From the NCBI GenBank assembly GCA_036172245.1, contig JAYWIR010000037.1:558001-622000 (forward strand): a DNA stretch of 64,000 nucleotides, given 5' to 3'. Of this stretch, positions 26,766-39,100 are shown in pieces (the stretch's first letter is position 1; the number at the start of each line of letters is the position of its first letter). The translations under genes and the position numbers were made by a program. This stretch comes from Raillietiella orientalis (taxonomy: Eukaryota). The notes under the pieces were generated by a model. The model had not been told where the DNA came from. It was given only the letters and a program-made list of their open reading frames with translations, and did not search any database.

Positions 26766-28220
26766 GCGTTTATACTTAGAATTTAGATTATTATTTGTTC
26801 ATATCAGACTAACGGGTTTTTCTCCCACTGCCCTTACGCCTTTCTTTCTTTTCTTTTTCTTTTTTTTTTCCTTCCCCCTCCCCCCCTCTCCCTCCACGAA
26901 ATCCAGGGAGAACACCAGTTAACGACCGCGTTCAGCAGTGTATCGGATTGCTTCACTCGTTGACCCTTCAGAATGGACAAAAAGCTGGAATCGGAGAGAG
27001 CGCGAGAGAGGGACAGAGAGAGGGGGGGGGGGAGGGGAGGGAGGAAAAAATCGCTTTCTTTCTTTTCTTTTTTCTTTCTTTTTCTTTTCCAGATCTTTCC
27101 AGGCTTTTTCCTTGCGTCTGGAACGAAGCGCTTGTTTACGAATCGTGACGCTTCGCCGAGAATCCAGATTAGCGGTAGGAGTGTATCTGCACGCTCCGTG
27201 GACTTTCCTCTGGTTATTTATCAGCCTTCTTGGAAGGTCATTCTCTCTGGAGAAAAGTGGTGGCAGAAGATGAGGAACCTGCGCCGGATCGCTTTCCTCC
27301 ATCCTGTTACGTTTCCCGAGCGTCCCTGATCAAGACGAAAGGTTTCATGCCCATGAGAAGACCATAAAACGTATGGTCCCGCACAATGTTTGTGCAACGC
27401 GGGCAAGATAAGCCCAAAGTTAATTTGGGAGCGTGTTTAATAGAAAGAGGAGACATCGTGGATCCCGGTTGTGAAACTGCTTAATTAATTCACACGGCAG
27501 TGGACGGGAAAAGGGGGACGGTTCCTCTCCAACAAAGAAAATAATCGCAACGAGAGGGGAGAAAAAGGGGGAGAACAAAAAGAAATCTGCTTCCCCTCCT
27601 TTCCATCAGTGGACGTTTTCCGGGGTCCCGGCCGCACTGTCCGACGGTCGGTTTGAGGGATCGCCAGAACGCAGCCCTCCCACGAAAGCGATCGGGATTT
27701 CATTTTCGGAAAGAGGTCCTTCGGGGTTCGGCGGACTCTCGAGCCTTCTTTCGCCTCCTCCTCCGTATCTCCACTCCTCCTCCTCCGACCTTTCCGACGC
27801 AGTCCCGAAGCCTTCCTTCCTCCTTGCGAACACAAAGCTCCGAGGATGGAGGCAGTGAACGCGAGCGGGAACTCCGTGGCGACGACGAGCAGATGCCACC
27901 ACCCTCCCTGCAGCCACGAAGCGAATTGGCATGCAAGACCTGAGAAAGGAATCCTCGAGACTGAAGGAAAACATAACGAGATGCCAGTGAGAAAATTAAT
28001 TTTTCATTCATCTAAGAAACATATTTGTTCTTTCCTCTCCTTCGCTAATGCATCGACGGGACTAATGGAAGAAGCGGAAAAGAATTAAGACGGAATTCGG
28101 AGCCTCATCAGGTTCGAAGAGAAGGATGTGCTTTTCCCATTTACTGTTTGGACTGCCAAAGTTGTCGCGGATGTTAAGCGAAAACGGATCCATCCCTTTT
28201 CTTCCGTTGCTGTTTTTTTT

Positions 28221-28248
28221 TTTCTTCTTCTTCTTCTTCTTCTTCTTC
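28221..28248 (+). repeat. (TTC)n microsatellite following a poly-T run
   Basis: Seen directly in the sequence. Confidence 0.9.
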
Positions 28249-31200
28249 TCTGTGTGCGCGCGTTCCCTCTCTCTTCCGTCCTCGAGCTCGAGCTGTTTTG
28301 CCGTTTTCCTAATAACGAGGAAGGGCCATCCTTTTTGCTCAGAAGACGAAAAGGACAAAAAAAAAAACAATGCGATCGCTTTGGCCCGCTCAGAATTCAT
28401 CGTTCAGTTCAAAGTTCCAGAGCAAAGCGTTTCTTCGAACCATCTAGAGGAACCTTAAACTACGGAACCAGGAGAAACTTTGGAATGCGCGTGTGTTTCT
28501 GGAAAGGCCTTGGAGACTTTGACGAAAGCAATGGAGGCACTGGCGAACGTGCTTCCGCCTTCTCTCGCTTCTCTCGCGCGTGCACGAAAATGCATGTCCA
28601 CTTGAAAAGGAAACAAAAACGATAAGTCAGTCCTACTGAGCGCGTGTGAAATGCTAAGGTTGAGGAGACGGAAGAAGGAATTTCTCTTGAACCTGAAATC
28701 GAAATCTCACAAAGATTACGGTACTTCCAAGCGAAAATGAGGGCTTCATAGGCAGCACTGCAAATGTTGACGAAAGTTGTTATGGAAACGCGTCGACAAC
28801 CAGAGCCAGTCAAAACAGCGATCCATTTGCTCTGTGATAGCCGTGCTGAACACTTATTCGGCAGTTCGCCGACCTAATCTTAACGATGAAAACACTTCGA
28901 TCTCCCTTTACACCTCGGAAGCTCCTCACATCTTCCTCGCAAAGTGCGGTTCGTAAAAAAACTTTCATAAAAATTCCCAGCTTCCCACAAAGTTTCCATT
29001 ACAAACGCCACGATGAGGAGAGAAAGAGAGGGGGGAGGGGAGAAAGAGATGGAGAAAATATCACCTTTGATAGCTTCCGCTACCATGGCAGCGCACGCCC
29101 ACCTGTGAATCCGCGAGATTTTTCTATCCAGTGACTCTGGCTGATCCATTTCGGGAATGACGTAGAATTCCGTGCCTACTTTTTGATTGAGGTGGTGGTT
29201 GTGGTGGCAAGGAAAAATTCCGTCGCTCTCTCGATCGTCGGAAGGTGCTACTTAAAGGGGGGGGGGAGATTCCCACCTTTTCTTTCTTTCATCTACCCCC
29301 CCCCCCTCCCCCCAGACACACAACCGCTTGCAGCGTTTTCATGTTTCAGCAGCAACATCTATTGGTTACGTGAGCGGGACTCGGGAAACAAAAGGTGATC
29401 AGCATCTTCCGCAATCCGCGCATCCTGACCAGGTGCAGGAGCGCAAAGAAAGGAAACAAAACGAATCTCGCCGCGGCCAGCAGGTCACGAAGGCACGCTC
29501 TCGGAGGCGCACTGTCACCGCGACAACCGGGCGCTGCTTCTGTTCGAAAAAGCGAGAGGGAAAAACGTGACACCGAGAGCTCTTGATGAAGAAATATCGC
29601 GAGGGGGTTCAGGGGAATAAGATGAGGTGCCGCCTCGTCTCTCCTCTCGGCCGAGATGCGGATTCTCACCTGAGGAACGACTGTTCAGGAGTGGTCGCCG
29701 TGCAACGGCGACGAAGAGGCGTGTCTCGAGGAGAGTCTGTGCTGCGCACGCACAACGCAGGGGAAGGAGAGAGCTCCCACAACCCCGGGGTCAAGCGACG
29801 GGGCTCGTCTTCGCAGTGCGGCCTGGGAAGACCCACCACCACGCTGGAGCGTCACCTTCCATGCTCCCATTCACCGGCGAGTGTCCACCGATAGGTGGAA
29901 GCAGGGAGAGTTCCTCGACCGCTTGGAGACCCCTCCTTCTCTTCCACACGCCCCAGAGGTTCCGGTCCGTGGCTGCGAACGCTTCCCCCTTAGGGAGAAA
30001 GGTGCAGCGCGAGTCGGCACACCAGACTGGAGCCGAGCCGAGAGTTGAGATGTGGTCGAGGTTGGTCATAGGCACAACAGGGCTCGGTCACTCCACCTGG
30101 TCCACCACCGCCTTCTCCCAACGGAATGGGAAGAGGCGGGATTGCAGTGACAGCCCCGGGTCGTCTTACGCCCACGGTAAACGTGGAGATGACAACCTCG
30201 GATTGCCTCTTCAGCGGGAGCCCCTCCACATACTCGAAGGGCGCCGGGCCCCCCAGGACGCGAAGACGGGGAAAGGAGCCAGCTGAAGGATGGTGGGTGG
30301 ATTCCGGCCACACGGCAGAACGCAATGAGTTGTGTGTGTGTGTGGCAGAGCGGGGGCCAGGCGACTCCTACGCTTCCGGGAGAACCTATTCGCGGAGAAA
30401 GGGCGGTGCAAGGGAGCGCGCGCACCGAAATGCGGTGCTCTCTGGGAGAGGAGGGCCGGATGATTCCCCTGACGAAGGGAAGAAAAGGATTGTGGAAACG
30501 GAGTCCTGGATTCCGGAAGGAGAGGGAATTTGTACCCCCCAGCGCCTTCCTGCCCGCTTCAACCGACCGCGGGTGCAGTCTGCTCTGCAACATGGTGCGC
30601 GGGGAGACGGCGGCAGCCGTGAATATACCTCCCCTCCGGCCTAGCACTCAAGAATGAGGCGTGAGGTTCCCTTTCTTCTCCCCCATCGCTCCGGAGAGAT
30701 CTTCTGGGCCTGTCGCTGCCGTCTCCCCTGGACAGAGAGAAAGCAGTGGAGTGCGCGCGCACGTAGCCCGAGATCCCCAGGAAAGGGGGGAAGGAACGGT
30801 GCAGGCATGGAGGCAGCAGCATCCGGGTCGCGGACAGGCTCCATTGCCCGCTCGCCATCTCGGTGGTACGTGCCTTCGTTGTCCGCCTCTCCTTCTCCAT
30901 CAGAAGCTGCCGTACCCGAGCCGCGTTTGCTGGCGCGCTTCCTGGAAGTTAGGGCGCGGAACTACGGAGGGAGTTTTCGGTCTCCCGAGGGATCGGTGCG
31001 CGACATGACGCCCCCGTGGCCCGTCCTGCGACGGGCGCCGAGCGCTTGAGAGGAGGAAAGGAAGGCGGACGACGGGTATTCCGCGCGCGCAGGCGCACGG
31101 TGTGCCGCCCGCCCGTTTCCGCGAGCGAAAGCGCTCATCGTCCTCCTCTTCCTCGCCCCGCGAAGCAGCCGCGATCTCTGGACGACGCAGGGGACGGGGA

Positions 31201-33275
31201 AGCGGCGCGCGGGCAGGCAAGCATCATCGGATGCGAGAGATTTATCGCGCGCGTTCCATCAGTGGGGACGCGCGGCCATTACGATATAGCGAGGAGGAGG
31301 AGGAGGAGGATGAAGAAAGAAGGAAATACGCCGCGGCAGGCAGAGCGCCCTTAGCTGCGGCAGCGAACGACCCACACTGGGGAAGGGAAGGGGGAGGGGG
31401 GGGGAGGAGGGGGGGTAGCTCTCTGAGCCGCCGTCGCTGCCGCTCCGTTCCCGGCGAACGGCGCCTCGAGAAGGCGTCGGCGGAGCCGGCGGAGAGAGAG
31501 AGCGCGTCACCTGATTTTTCTTTTTTTCAGTCCTTCTTTCCCCTCCTCTCTCTTCTCTCTCCCTCTCCCTTTTCGACATGTGGGGTGTCCTTGATGTCCG
31601 TGGGCAGGAAAGTTTCCCCCCCGAGAGATTTGCGCAGGGGACGACCCAGTGGGGTCGCTGGGTTCCGGTAAGGGCAGGGCGAATCCACGGCGAGGGATCC
31701 GAAGCGCAAAGTGCACTGGGGGAAACAAATCACCATCACCACCGGAAAGCCTTAGAGTTCCTCTTCCAGGGAAGCAGCGACGGGCGCGGAACTTGCAGGG
31801 ACTCGAAGTGGCCGCCGTTCCCGCGCGCGCTGCGGCCGACGGTTCTCTCGAGTCGTCTTGGCCCGGCATCGCGCAGCGATGCCTAGAGGCAAAGCTTCTC
31901 TCGGATCCAGGGGTCACCAGGAAGGTCGTCGTGGAACTGCAGGCCGCTTGTGGCATTGCCGCCTTGAGCTGGAGGGAGGGGGGGAGGAAATCCGGGAGAT
32001 AGGGACACCAGGAAGCTTGCAAGAATCTCCGTAAAAGCCCCCCAGGCACAGAGCTGCCGCCGTGAGGCTTCCACGCGGTCTGCGACAGGCGGCGACTAGT
32101 TGCGCTTTCCAGGTCGCAACGCCTTTCTTCTTCCGCCCCCAAGGGGCGGCAGCACATGCGGACCTTTCGGTGACCCGCTCGACGGAGCGGCTGACATCCT
32201 GCTACCCTGCGCACGCACAGTAGAGGCTTCCGGAAACTTCAAGCGGGCCACTCCCTGATTTTGGGGGGGCTGGTAGCCGGAGCTGCCGCAGGTCGCTTTC
32301 TCGTGCGCACTTCGGGGGATCTGCAGTTTTGCATACTGCATCCCAAGAGTTTGCGGCGGACAAAGGAGGCTCTGCATCCCGGAGGGTCCGCGCAAGCTGG
32401 AGAGGACAGAGGCGGATCTCAGTCGGCCAGAGCGCCTGCTGGTCTCTTGCAGCCGTGCTGCCAGAGGGAGGCAGAAATCGCGAGAAGGTCGAGATTTGCC
32501 TTCTCCAGAAGGAAGGTCAGCTCAAGTTTCTCCTGCCCGGAGACGGGACGAAAGAAGGAAGGAGACTCCCCAAGAATTCCAGAAAGCAACGAGCCTTTCC
32601 AAGACTAATGCTGGGAGGAAGAAGGGAGAGAGAGCTTGCAAGATGCGAGCAAGCCGGAGGGCGTTCGCCGACGCCGAGCCGCGCTTACGGCAGACCGCCG
32701 TAAGGCCCGAAAAGAGAGCAAGCTCCCAACTCGCCGCCACCACTGAAGGCAGCATCAGTCCTCCTCCTTCCCCTTGCACGAAGACTCTTCGGAATTTGCG
32801 ACGCAGCAACTGCGTCGACAGACCACCTCGTTACCACGCCCCTACTTCCGGCACGATTTCGAGAAAAGAGGAGGGAAGGAGGGAGCAGGTGCCATGGAAG
32901 ACAGTGGCACCCGAGGCGACCTTGACCTCGAATGCGATCTGGGAGGTCTAGCAACCGTCCTCGGGCACATCTTCGCCGCTTATCGGGGGTCGCTTGGATG
33001 AGTTTCCTCGATACATGACAATCGAATACGCAGCGAGCTTTGCAAAGGAAGGCTGCAGAACTCCTTGAAGATATAAAGACGAAGAGGAAGGATGGACATT
33101 GTACACTTTTTGCGCCTTTCGCCCCCCCCCCCACTTCTCGGAATATGCGAGCAGGGGCCAGAAGGAGGAGGAATCCGGCAGACACTACTGCAACCGGTGA
33201 AAACAGAAGATGGGGGGAAGGGGCAGCACCCACTCCGTTCACAGAGAGACCTCACTTTCGCTTTTATTAGACTAT

Positions 33276-35450
33276 TCAAATTTCTGTGCCCTCCTCGGTT
33301 TCATCCTGGAACCGCTCCCGGACAAATCTGTTCCTGGGCTTCGGAAGAACTTTCGGAGGGATCTTCGTCACATTGGGAGTCTCTGGATCGTGACTGTCTA
33401 CCAGCCTTTGCAGTTCCGAAATCACAGAGTCTACATCCATACTGCCCTGACTCGAGTCGTCGTCTTGGCGACTGGATTCCGCCGCAGCGAACCGGGAAGG
33501 AGGACACAGTTCTAACCGTCGTTTGCTCTCGAACTCTTTGAAAGGGGAAACAACATTCGGGCGGGAAGGTAAAGAAAGACGCTTGTTGAGGCTCGCCGGC
33601 AGGGTGGTGGTGGCCCCCGGGATGGCAATGGGTTTCCTCAAAGGCTCCACGCGGAGCGAACGGACCGCTGCAGTGAGTTGCGGGTCGGAGTCTCGGCGCC
33701 ACCAGCTAGAAGGGGAATCGCCTGAGCCGAGGCCGAGGACGCTTTTGGGTGAGTCACGGTGCACACTCCCATCGGGACCGGTCCGGGGACCCAGGTTGTC
33801 GTAAGGGAGAGATTCCGGAGTGGTGCAGACGGGGTTGCGGGACCGGCGGGGCAGCGTGACGTAGGACGGGCGGTACACCACGCGGGCTGGGAGGATACCG
33901 TTCTGCGAAAGAGGCAAAGTGTCCTCCGGAGCATAGCTGGATCGTGCACTGCCGATGGCGCCGAGATCTGCGCTCGATCCGGAGGCGCAGTCCGAGCTGG
34001 CGAGCAGAGGACGGGTCATGGCGCCGACGACGTCTGGGTAGTGTCTGGAGCCTCCCCGCGACGCAGAGAGGAATGTTCGCGCAGGGCCGCTGGAGTACGG
34101 CGAGTGGTCATCGGCATCGCTCTGAGGAGCCTTCTGGTAGGAGTTCTTGGAAGCAGCCGACGAAGACGACGTACCGACTCCATTCGTGAGGGGTTTCAAG
34201 GAGGTGCGCAGCAGCTGCAGCCGGCGCTGGCGGCGCCGGCGCTGGCGACAGCAGCACAGACACACGGCCACAAACAGCACCGTGATCAGCGCCAGGCAGC
34301 CTCCTGCGATCCCGACTGCCAGGCCGAGGTCCGCACCACCCGGGAGCAGCAGCCCGGTGCCTTCGATCGCTCCCACCACGAGCAGGGACACGTTTGCCTC
34401 CACCGCGCCTGCCGCGTTGCGACCCACGCAAGTGTACGCGCCAATATCCTGCTCATTGACGTTGGTTACGGTCAGGTTTGTCCAGCCGTCTGCGGAGACG
34501 ACGACGTACATCTGGTCACTAAATGGGATGTCGGTGATGGAATCCAGGATGCGTCCGTCCAAGACCCAATGCGTTTGCGCGGGAGGGTCCGCTTGAACGC
34601 GGCACGACAGAGTTGCGTTTTGCCCCGAGGGAGTTCGGACTTCCGCTGAAGGTACGGATATGTCGGGGGGGCAGGCCCATTCTTCGGGATCAATGTCGTT
34701 CCACAGTCTTCCGGATAGCCTGTCGGGAAGGTTGCAGGAAGTGGGGTAGGAGTACAGCTTGCGGGACATGATGAACTCGAGGAACGAGCGCATGCGGCAG
34801 TCACAGCGCCATGGGTTGCCGTGCAGCACCAAAGTGTTGAGATAATGCAAGTGGGAGAATGGGGTCTCATCCAGATGGGTCAGTTTGTTTCCATCGAGCG
34901 CTAGGACCTCCAGAGCGTGAAGATGAAAGAACGTTTTCCGCTCAATAGCTTCCAGCTGGCAGTGAGCCAAACGTAATATCCGCAGCTGGGGCAGTACGGG
35001 GAAAGGACTAAGTTTCCGCAGAGGATTTCGGCTGAGGTGCAACTCTCTCAGGCGGATGTTGTCGCGGAAGACACCGTCGGGTAACGAGCGGATACGGTTG
35101 CCGTCCAGGAGAAGCTCCACCAGAATCTTAAGGCCGGAAAACGAGTCCCTGTCCAACCGCTCCACGCTGCACTCGGTCAAGTAGATCCGCTGCAGGTTCA
35201 GCAACTGCTTCGCGACGAAAACGTTGTCATCCAGATGACGGATAGTGTTGCCGGCCAGGTCCAGCACCTGGATGAGCGAGCTGAGGCCGAGCGGCACTTC
35301 TCGCAATCCAGACCACCGGCAGGACGCAGTTTTCTTGCCTCTCTGCCACTTGCATTCGCATCCTTTGGCGCAGGCGTTCATCCAATCGTCATCATCGGAT
35401 AAAACAGAAGTAACGATCAGTGAAAAAAGGAGTGATGCAGTCACAACCAT
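33276..35450 (-). CDS. kek5: Kekkon-family LRR + Ig single-pass transmembrane receptor, Kek5-like, 724 aa, uninterrupted CDS
   Basis: Signal peptide; kekkon LRRNT 'CAKGCECKWQRGKKTASC'; about 7 LRRs; LRRCT 'NPWRCDC'; I-set Ig 'ATLSC...W...DIGAYTC'; TM followed by CCC-RQRRRR; cytoplasmic 'YVTLPRR', 'YDNLGPRT' and 'PPKVLPKP'; C-terminus 'FQDETEEGTEI' resembles the Kek5 PDZ-binding end (GTEV). The family call is firm; the orthologue call is less certain. Confidence 0.9.
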   Translation of the reverse strand: MVVTASLLFSLIVTSVLSDDDDWMNACAKGCECKWQRGKKTASCRWSGLREVPLGLSSLIQVLDLAGNTIRHLDDNVFVAKQLLNLQRIYLTECSVERLDRDSFSGLKILVELLLDGNRIRSLPDGVFRDNIRLRELHLSRNPLRKLSPFPVLPQLRILRLAHCQLEAIERKTFFHLHALEVLALDGNKLTHLDETPFSHLHYLNTLVLHGNPWRCDCRMRSFLEFIMSRKLYSYPTSCNLPDRLSGRLWNDIDPEEWACPPDISVPSAEVRTPSGQNATLSCRVQADPPAQTHWVLDGRILDSITDIPFSDQMYVVVSADGWTNLTVTNVNEQDIGAYTCVGRNAAGAVEANVSLLVVGAIEGTGLLLPGGADLGLAVGIAGGCLALITVLFVAVCLCCCRQRRRRQRRLQLLRTSLKPLTNGVGTSSSSAASKNSYQKAPQSDADDHSPYSSGPARTFLSASRGGSRHYPDVVGAMTRPLLASSDCASGSSADLGAIGSARSSYAPEDTLPLSQNGILPARVVYRPSYVTLPRRSRNPVCTTPESLPYDNLGPRTGPDGSVHRDSPKSVLGLGSGDSPSSWWRRDSDPQLTAAVRSLRVEPLRKPIAIPGATTTLPASLNKRLSLPSRPNVVSPFKEFESKRRLELCPPSRFAAAESSRQDDDSSQGSMDVDSVISELQRLVDSHDPETPNVTKIPPKVLPKPRNRFVRERFQDETEEGTEI

Positions 35451-36595
35451 GCCTCTTGTTTACATCGCTGTGCGAAGTCTGCAAGTATACATACATTAGG
35501 TTTAAGAAAACATGAATTCCAAGCACATGTTTAGCGAGGCAAGCAGGCATCCGACACAATCAAGGGAAGGTCACAAATCACATTACAGGATACACCAATG
35601 AACATCCGATCTCGGATTCAGGGAGCTGAACACCTCCTTCAACTCTTATGCATCCGAGAAGAATGCATGGGCATAAGTGGCTTCATTATTTCTAAATCTC
35701 ATGCTGCGATTTCTTAAATTGGGGAAGTCACTTTGACCTCGCTCGAACGGGAGCGCATGAACTTAAGATAGCCACGAATCCCCCCCCCCCCCTCCCCTTA
35801 CACCTTCCTTTTTCTTTCGCCGCAAAGAAAAAGACGCACGCATTAATCTTCAGTTCATGGCATTCCACAAAAAAATAAAGCTAGCTCACGTAATCGCATG
35901 CTGTATTCCCCGAAGAACGCTGCTGCTGCTATTACATGTTTTTCGTACACCCCCCTTACGAAAAGCCAATGCTCGATATCCATCTCAATAGCTCAGAATC
36001 CGAGCACTAGAGAAGACGACGTCTACAGCATGCAAAAACACTTCTGCGGGAATCCAAAAAAGCGTGCAAGAATTCGGGAAGAGTTCTATAGCGGTGAAGC
36101 CTTTTTGAAATTATACCGATTCTTAGATTCCGTTGCGGCGGAAACGCACGCGCGCACACACATACACTTAAATTATACACGACTGCTGGAAAAATTGACT
36201 ACGATACACTTCACGTAATCGCAAGAACCATTTAGGGTGCAGGTGGACTCTGCTATATCAACTGTGCACACGTCGAAAAAACTCGAATGAAATCACACCG
36301 AAGGTATTTTGAATGTTTCGGAATCATCCAAGGAATGCATGCGACTTTTTTTTTTTTTTTTTTCTTTTTAATATCAAACAATGACCGCAGACCTCCTCTT
36401 TTTTTTTTCTTTCCCCCCCCCCTTCGCTTCCCCCCCACCCCCCACCCCTCCCACCCCCTCCAACTGAAAACAATGCAAAGCAATGACAGAAATAGCTACC
36501 GAAACAACTGTAGAGAATATTCACTTCCTTGCACGTAATACGTGATCATCCTGATGCGTACACTGCTCCTTTTCCCCCCCCCCCATAGTTGCCGC

Positions 36596-36621
36596 CACCA
36601 CCACCACCACCACCACCACCA
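36596..36621 (+). repeat. (CCA)n microsatellite
   Basis: Seen directly in the sequence. Confidence 0.9.
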
Positions 36622-38539
36622 CACGCAAACTGTCGTTGCTGAACGAAACACGGGGAGGCGGCAAACCTGACACAGGCCACACCACCTTCTACGGTGCCGT
36701 CAACTCCAGTCACCTTTTGCAGCGCTTGATCATCATCATGTACTGACCACTACTGAGTATCCGCAGATCAACACACCGCATCTCTCAGGGATGCTTCGCT
36801 GTACGCGCACAGCAGCTGACTGAACTGCGGTCCACGCAAAAATGTATCGCCATCCTTCTGAAATCAGTGGTGTCTTATTCCAAACACGGCTGGGGGGGAG
36901 GGGGGAAACGCATTTGTTTTCCCAACAAATACATAAAACGGAGTTCATCCTGGGACAGCCCTCCTGCAAAATACAGGAATCAAGCAGGGAAAACTTTATT
37001 GCTGTAAAGGAAAGACTCTCGTACTGTGCTTTTCCGGTGAAGAGAGGATCACTCTGTTTAAAAATTAAAGTCATGATTCCAATTCAAATCACACACTCCT
37101 CTTAATTCACCCAATGATAAATTTCGCTTTTGCTTTTCCAAAAGTAAAGACTTTTTGGTCATTTAATTCCCGGAAAATCAGAAATTAATTTAATGGAAAG
37201 CCATTAACTCTTAAAAGCGAGCCATTTGTAAAGATCACAAGGGCAATCTAGATGATTCTGAAGATATACCTACCGAGAAATCCGTTGCAACTGCGATACA
37301 TTTCACACTGCGGGCACATTGATCAACGTACATTTTTTCAAAGAATAAAAAAAAAAAAAAAAATATCGAAACGGGGGGCTTCTTTCGTGAACTGTGCGTC
37401 TTCCGAAATCCGTACCACCGCATGCATTTTCTCTAAAGCTGTGTAATTTGCCGTCTCGGGAAAAGGGATCGATCCCCCGTAGCCAGCAAAAACTGCAAAC
37501 GTGGATTTGTGAAAAGTCGGCATGAAAGGTTTTTTCTTTCTTCTTTCCTTTCCTCCATACGTGTCACGTAACACACGGGAATCCAAGAAGCCCAGGAACG
37601 GAACAAAATACCGCAACTTTTCATTTTCGGTTGCACTGCAAATATTCCCGATCCGAAAATACATCCCGGAAAAAAGTCAGCCTAGGCCCGAACGGAAAAT
37701 GCAGCAATCTGAAGCGGCCGACGCGCTCATCGCGACTCGCACACTCCAGTGTTCCCCCCCCCCCCCCCCCCTCTCTCTCTCTCTGCCAGGCCCCACTTTC
37801 CGATACATTGGTGGTGTCACAATGCATTTCATCGTGCATGAATAAATCATCGCTGATCATTGTGGAGATGGGAATGACATTGGCGAAAGTATTGTCGTGG
37901 CAACGGCAGTTTCTCACAGTTTGCTGAAGAGCTGCGTTGCTTTCGGAAGATCGTTTTCCATTCGGAACCTTTTGGTAATAACGTGACATTTGCAAAGCGC
38001 CAATGGGAAGAGCCAATGGGTTCCTCGCGCATTATGTAAACGGCTTCCCCACTTTGGGCAGAATCTCTTCAAGGATTCCCACGTGCGGATTTCGTACGTG
38101 AGAACCTGAAAACGAAGCTTTGCACACACGCGCGCGCGAGCTGCCCGCCACCTTTGACGACGTACACAACAGCTGACCAGCTATCTCACGCCGAAATAGC
38201 CATCCGACTTTCTTTTCTTTCCTTCCGCTTCCTTCTTCCTCTTCTGGAAAGGAAGGGGCGGGGGAAGGAGGGGGGGGTTGCCGAACGCTGCTGCTGCTTC
38301 CAGAACGATCAAATCCCACAGCCGTTTTTTCCTCGGCTGGCTTCGGTTCTTCTTCACCGCTGGCAAAGCCCGAATGATTTGCAGTATGTCATCGCGCATA
38401 AACTATGTTGACACGTCATGTATTGACAAGAAACAATAGCTGCTGCTCCATAAATACCAACATGGTCGCGTTGAACGCTGGGCGGGGGAAAAGTGGAGGC
38501 GCCACCGTCGATCGATACAAAGGCAAACAAAATAGCATG

Positions 38540-38591
38540 GAATAAAGTAAAAAAACGCGCGCCCACGCACACACACACACTCTACACGTAT

Positions 38592-38659
<68 letters not shown>

Positions 38660-39100
38660 TTGGTGAGCGAGTTCCGCACCAGCAAACGCGGTTCGACTTG
38701 GGGTCGCCGCCACTGTTTCGTGTAACAGTAGCGCGCTTTCCGTTTGTCCAAACAAACGCTCTCCGTTTTCCTCCTTCCCTCCCGTTTTCCAGATTCCAGA
38801 AAGTCATCCGCGCGGCTCGCGTCCGCTCGCACGCTTTGTGCGCGTCGCGCGCGCGTATTTGCGTATGCGCCGCCGCGCGGTTCACTCACGTCGTCTCTCT
38901 GCGCGTAAGGTACTTTGGAATGTTCGGCAGCATCGCGCGCGCGTTCTGACACGTGATCGCGGTCAGAAGGCCGCGCGCGCGCCGCGTACGCTCGGCAAGC
39001 TCCTTACGTGATGCGCGCACCGCAGCGTGGACGAGCGAGCGTGTGCGTGTACGGCCGCGCCGCGTACGGGCACGTGTTTCCCGTGTTTTCCGTCCTTATT
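38540..39100 (-). promoter_or_regulatory. Putative kek5 promoter / 5'UTR region
   Basis: GAGA tract plus a very CGCG-dense segment about 3.2 kb upstream of the kek5 ATG. Acceptor-like sites (ttgcag, cacag) lie just upstream of the ATG. The promoter role is inferred only. Confidence 0.35.
38599..38658 (+). repeat. Compound (CA)n(GA)n microsatellite
   Basis: About 17 CA units followed directly by about 13 GA units. Confidence 0.95.

Noticed and set aside
29600..33200. Additional plus-strand LINE (ORF1 knuckle near 30.3 kb, APE near 32.8 kb); similar hints at 39.3-42.9 kb
   Set aside because: Motif resemblances (GHTA..C, YHAPT, GDL) are too degenerate to list as features.
33759..34649. 296-aa plus-strand ORF
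   Set aside because: Antisense shadow of the GC-rich kek5 CDS.
17897..37771. Long G/C homopolymers (G14 at 17897, G17 at 24214, C18 at 37754) as functional G-quadruplexes
   Set aside because: They are scattered without positional pattern and most simply explained by slippage. Run lengths may also be sequencing-dependent.
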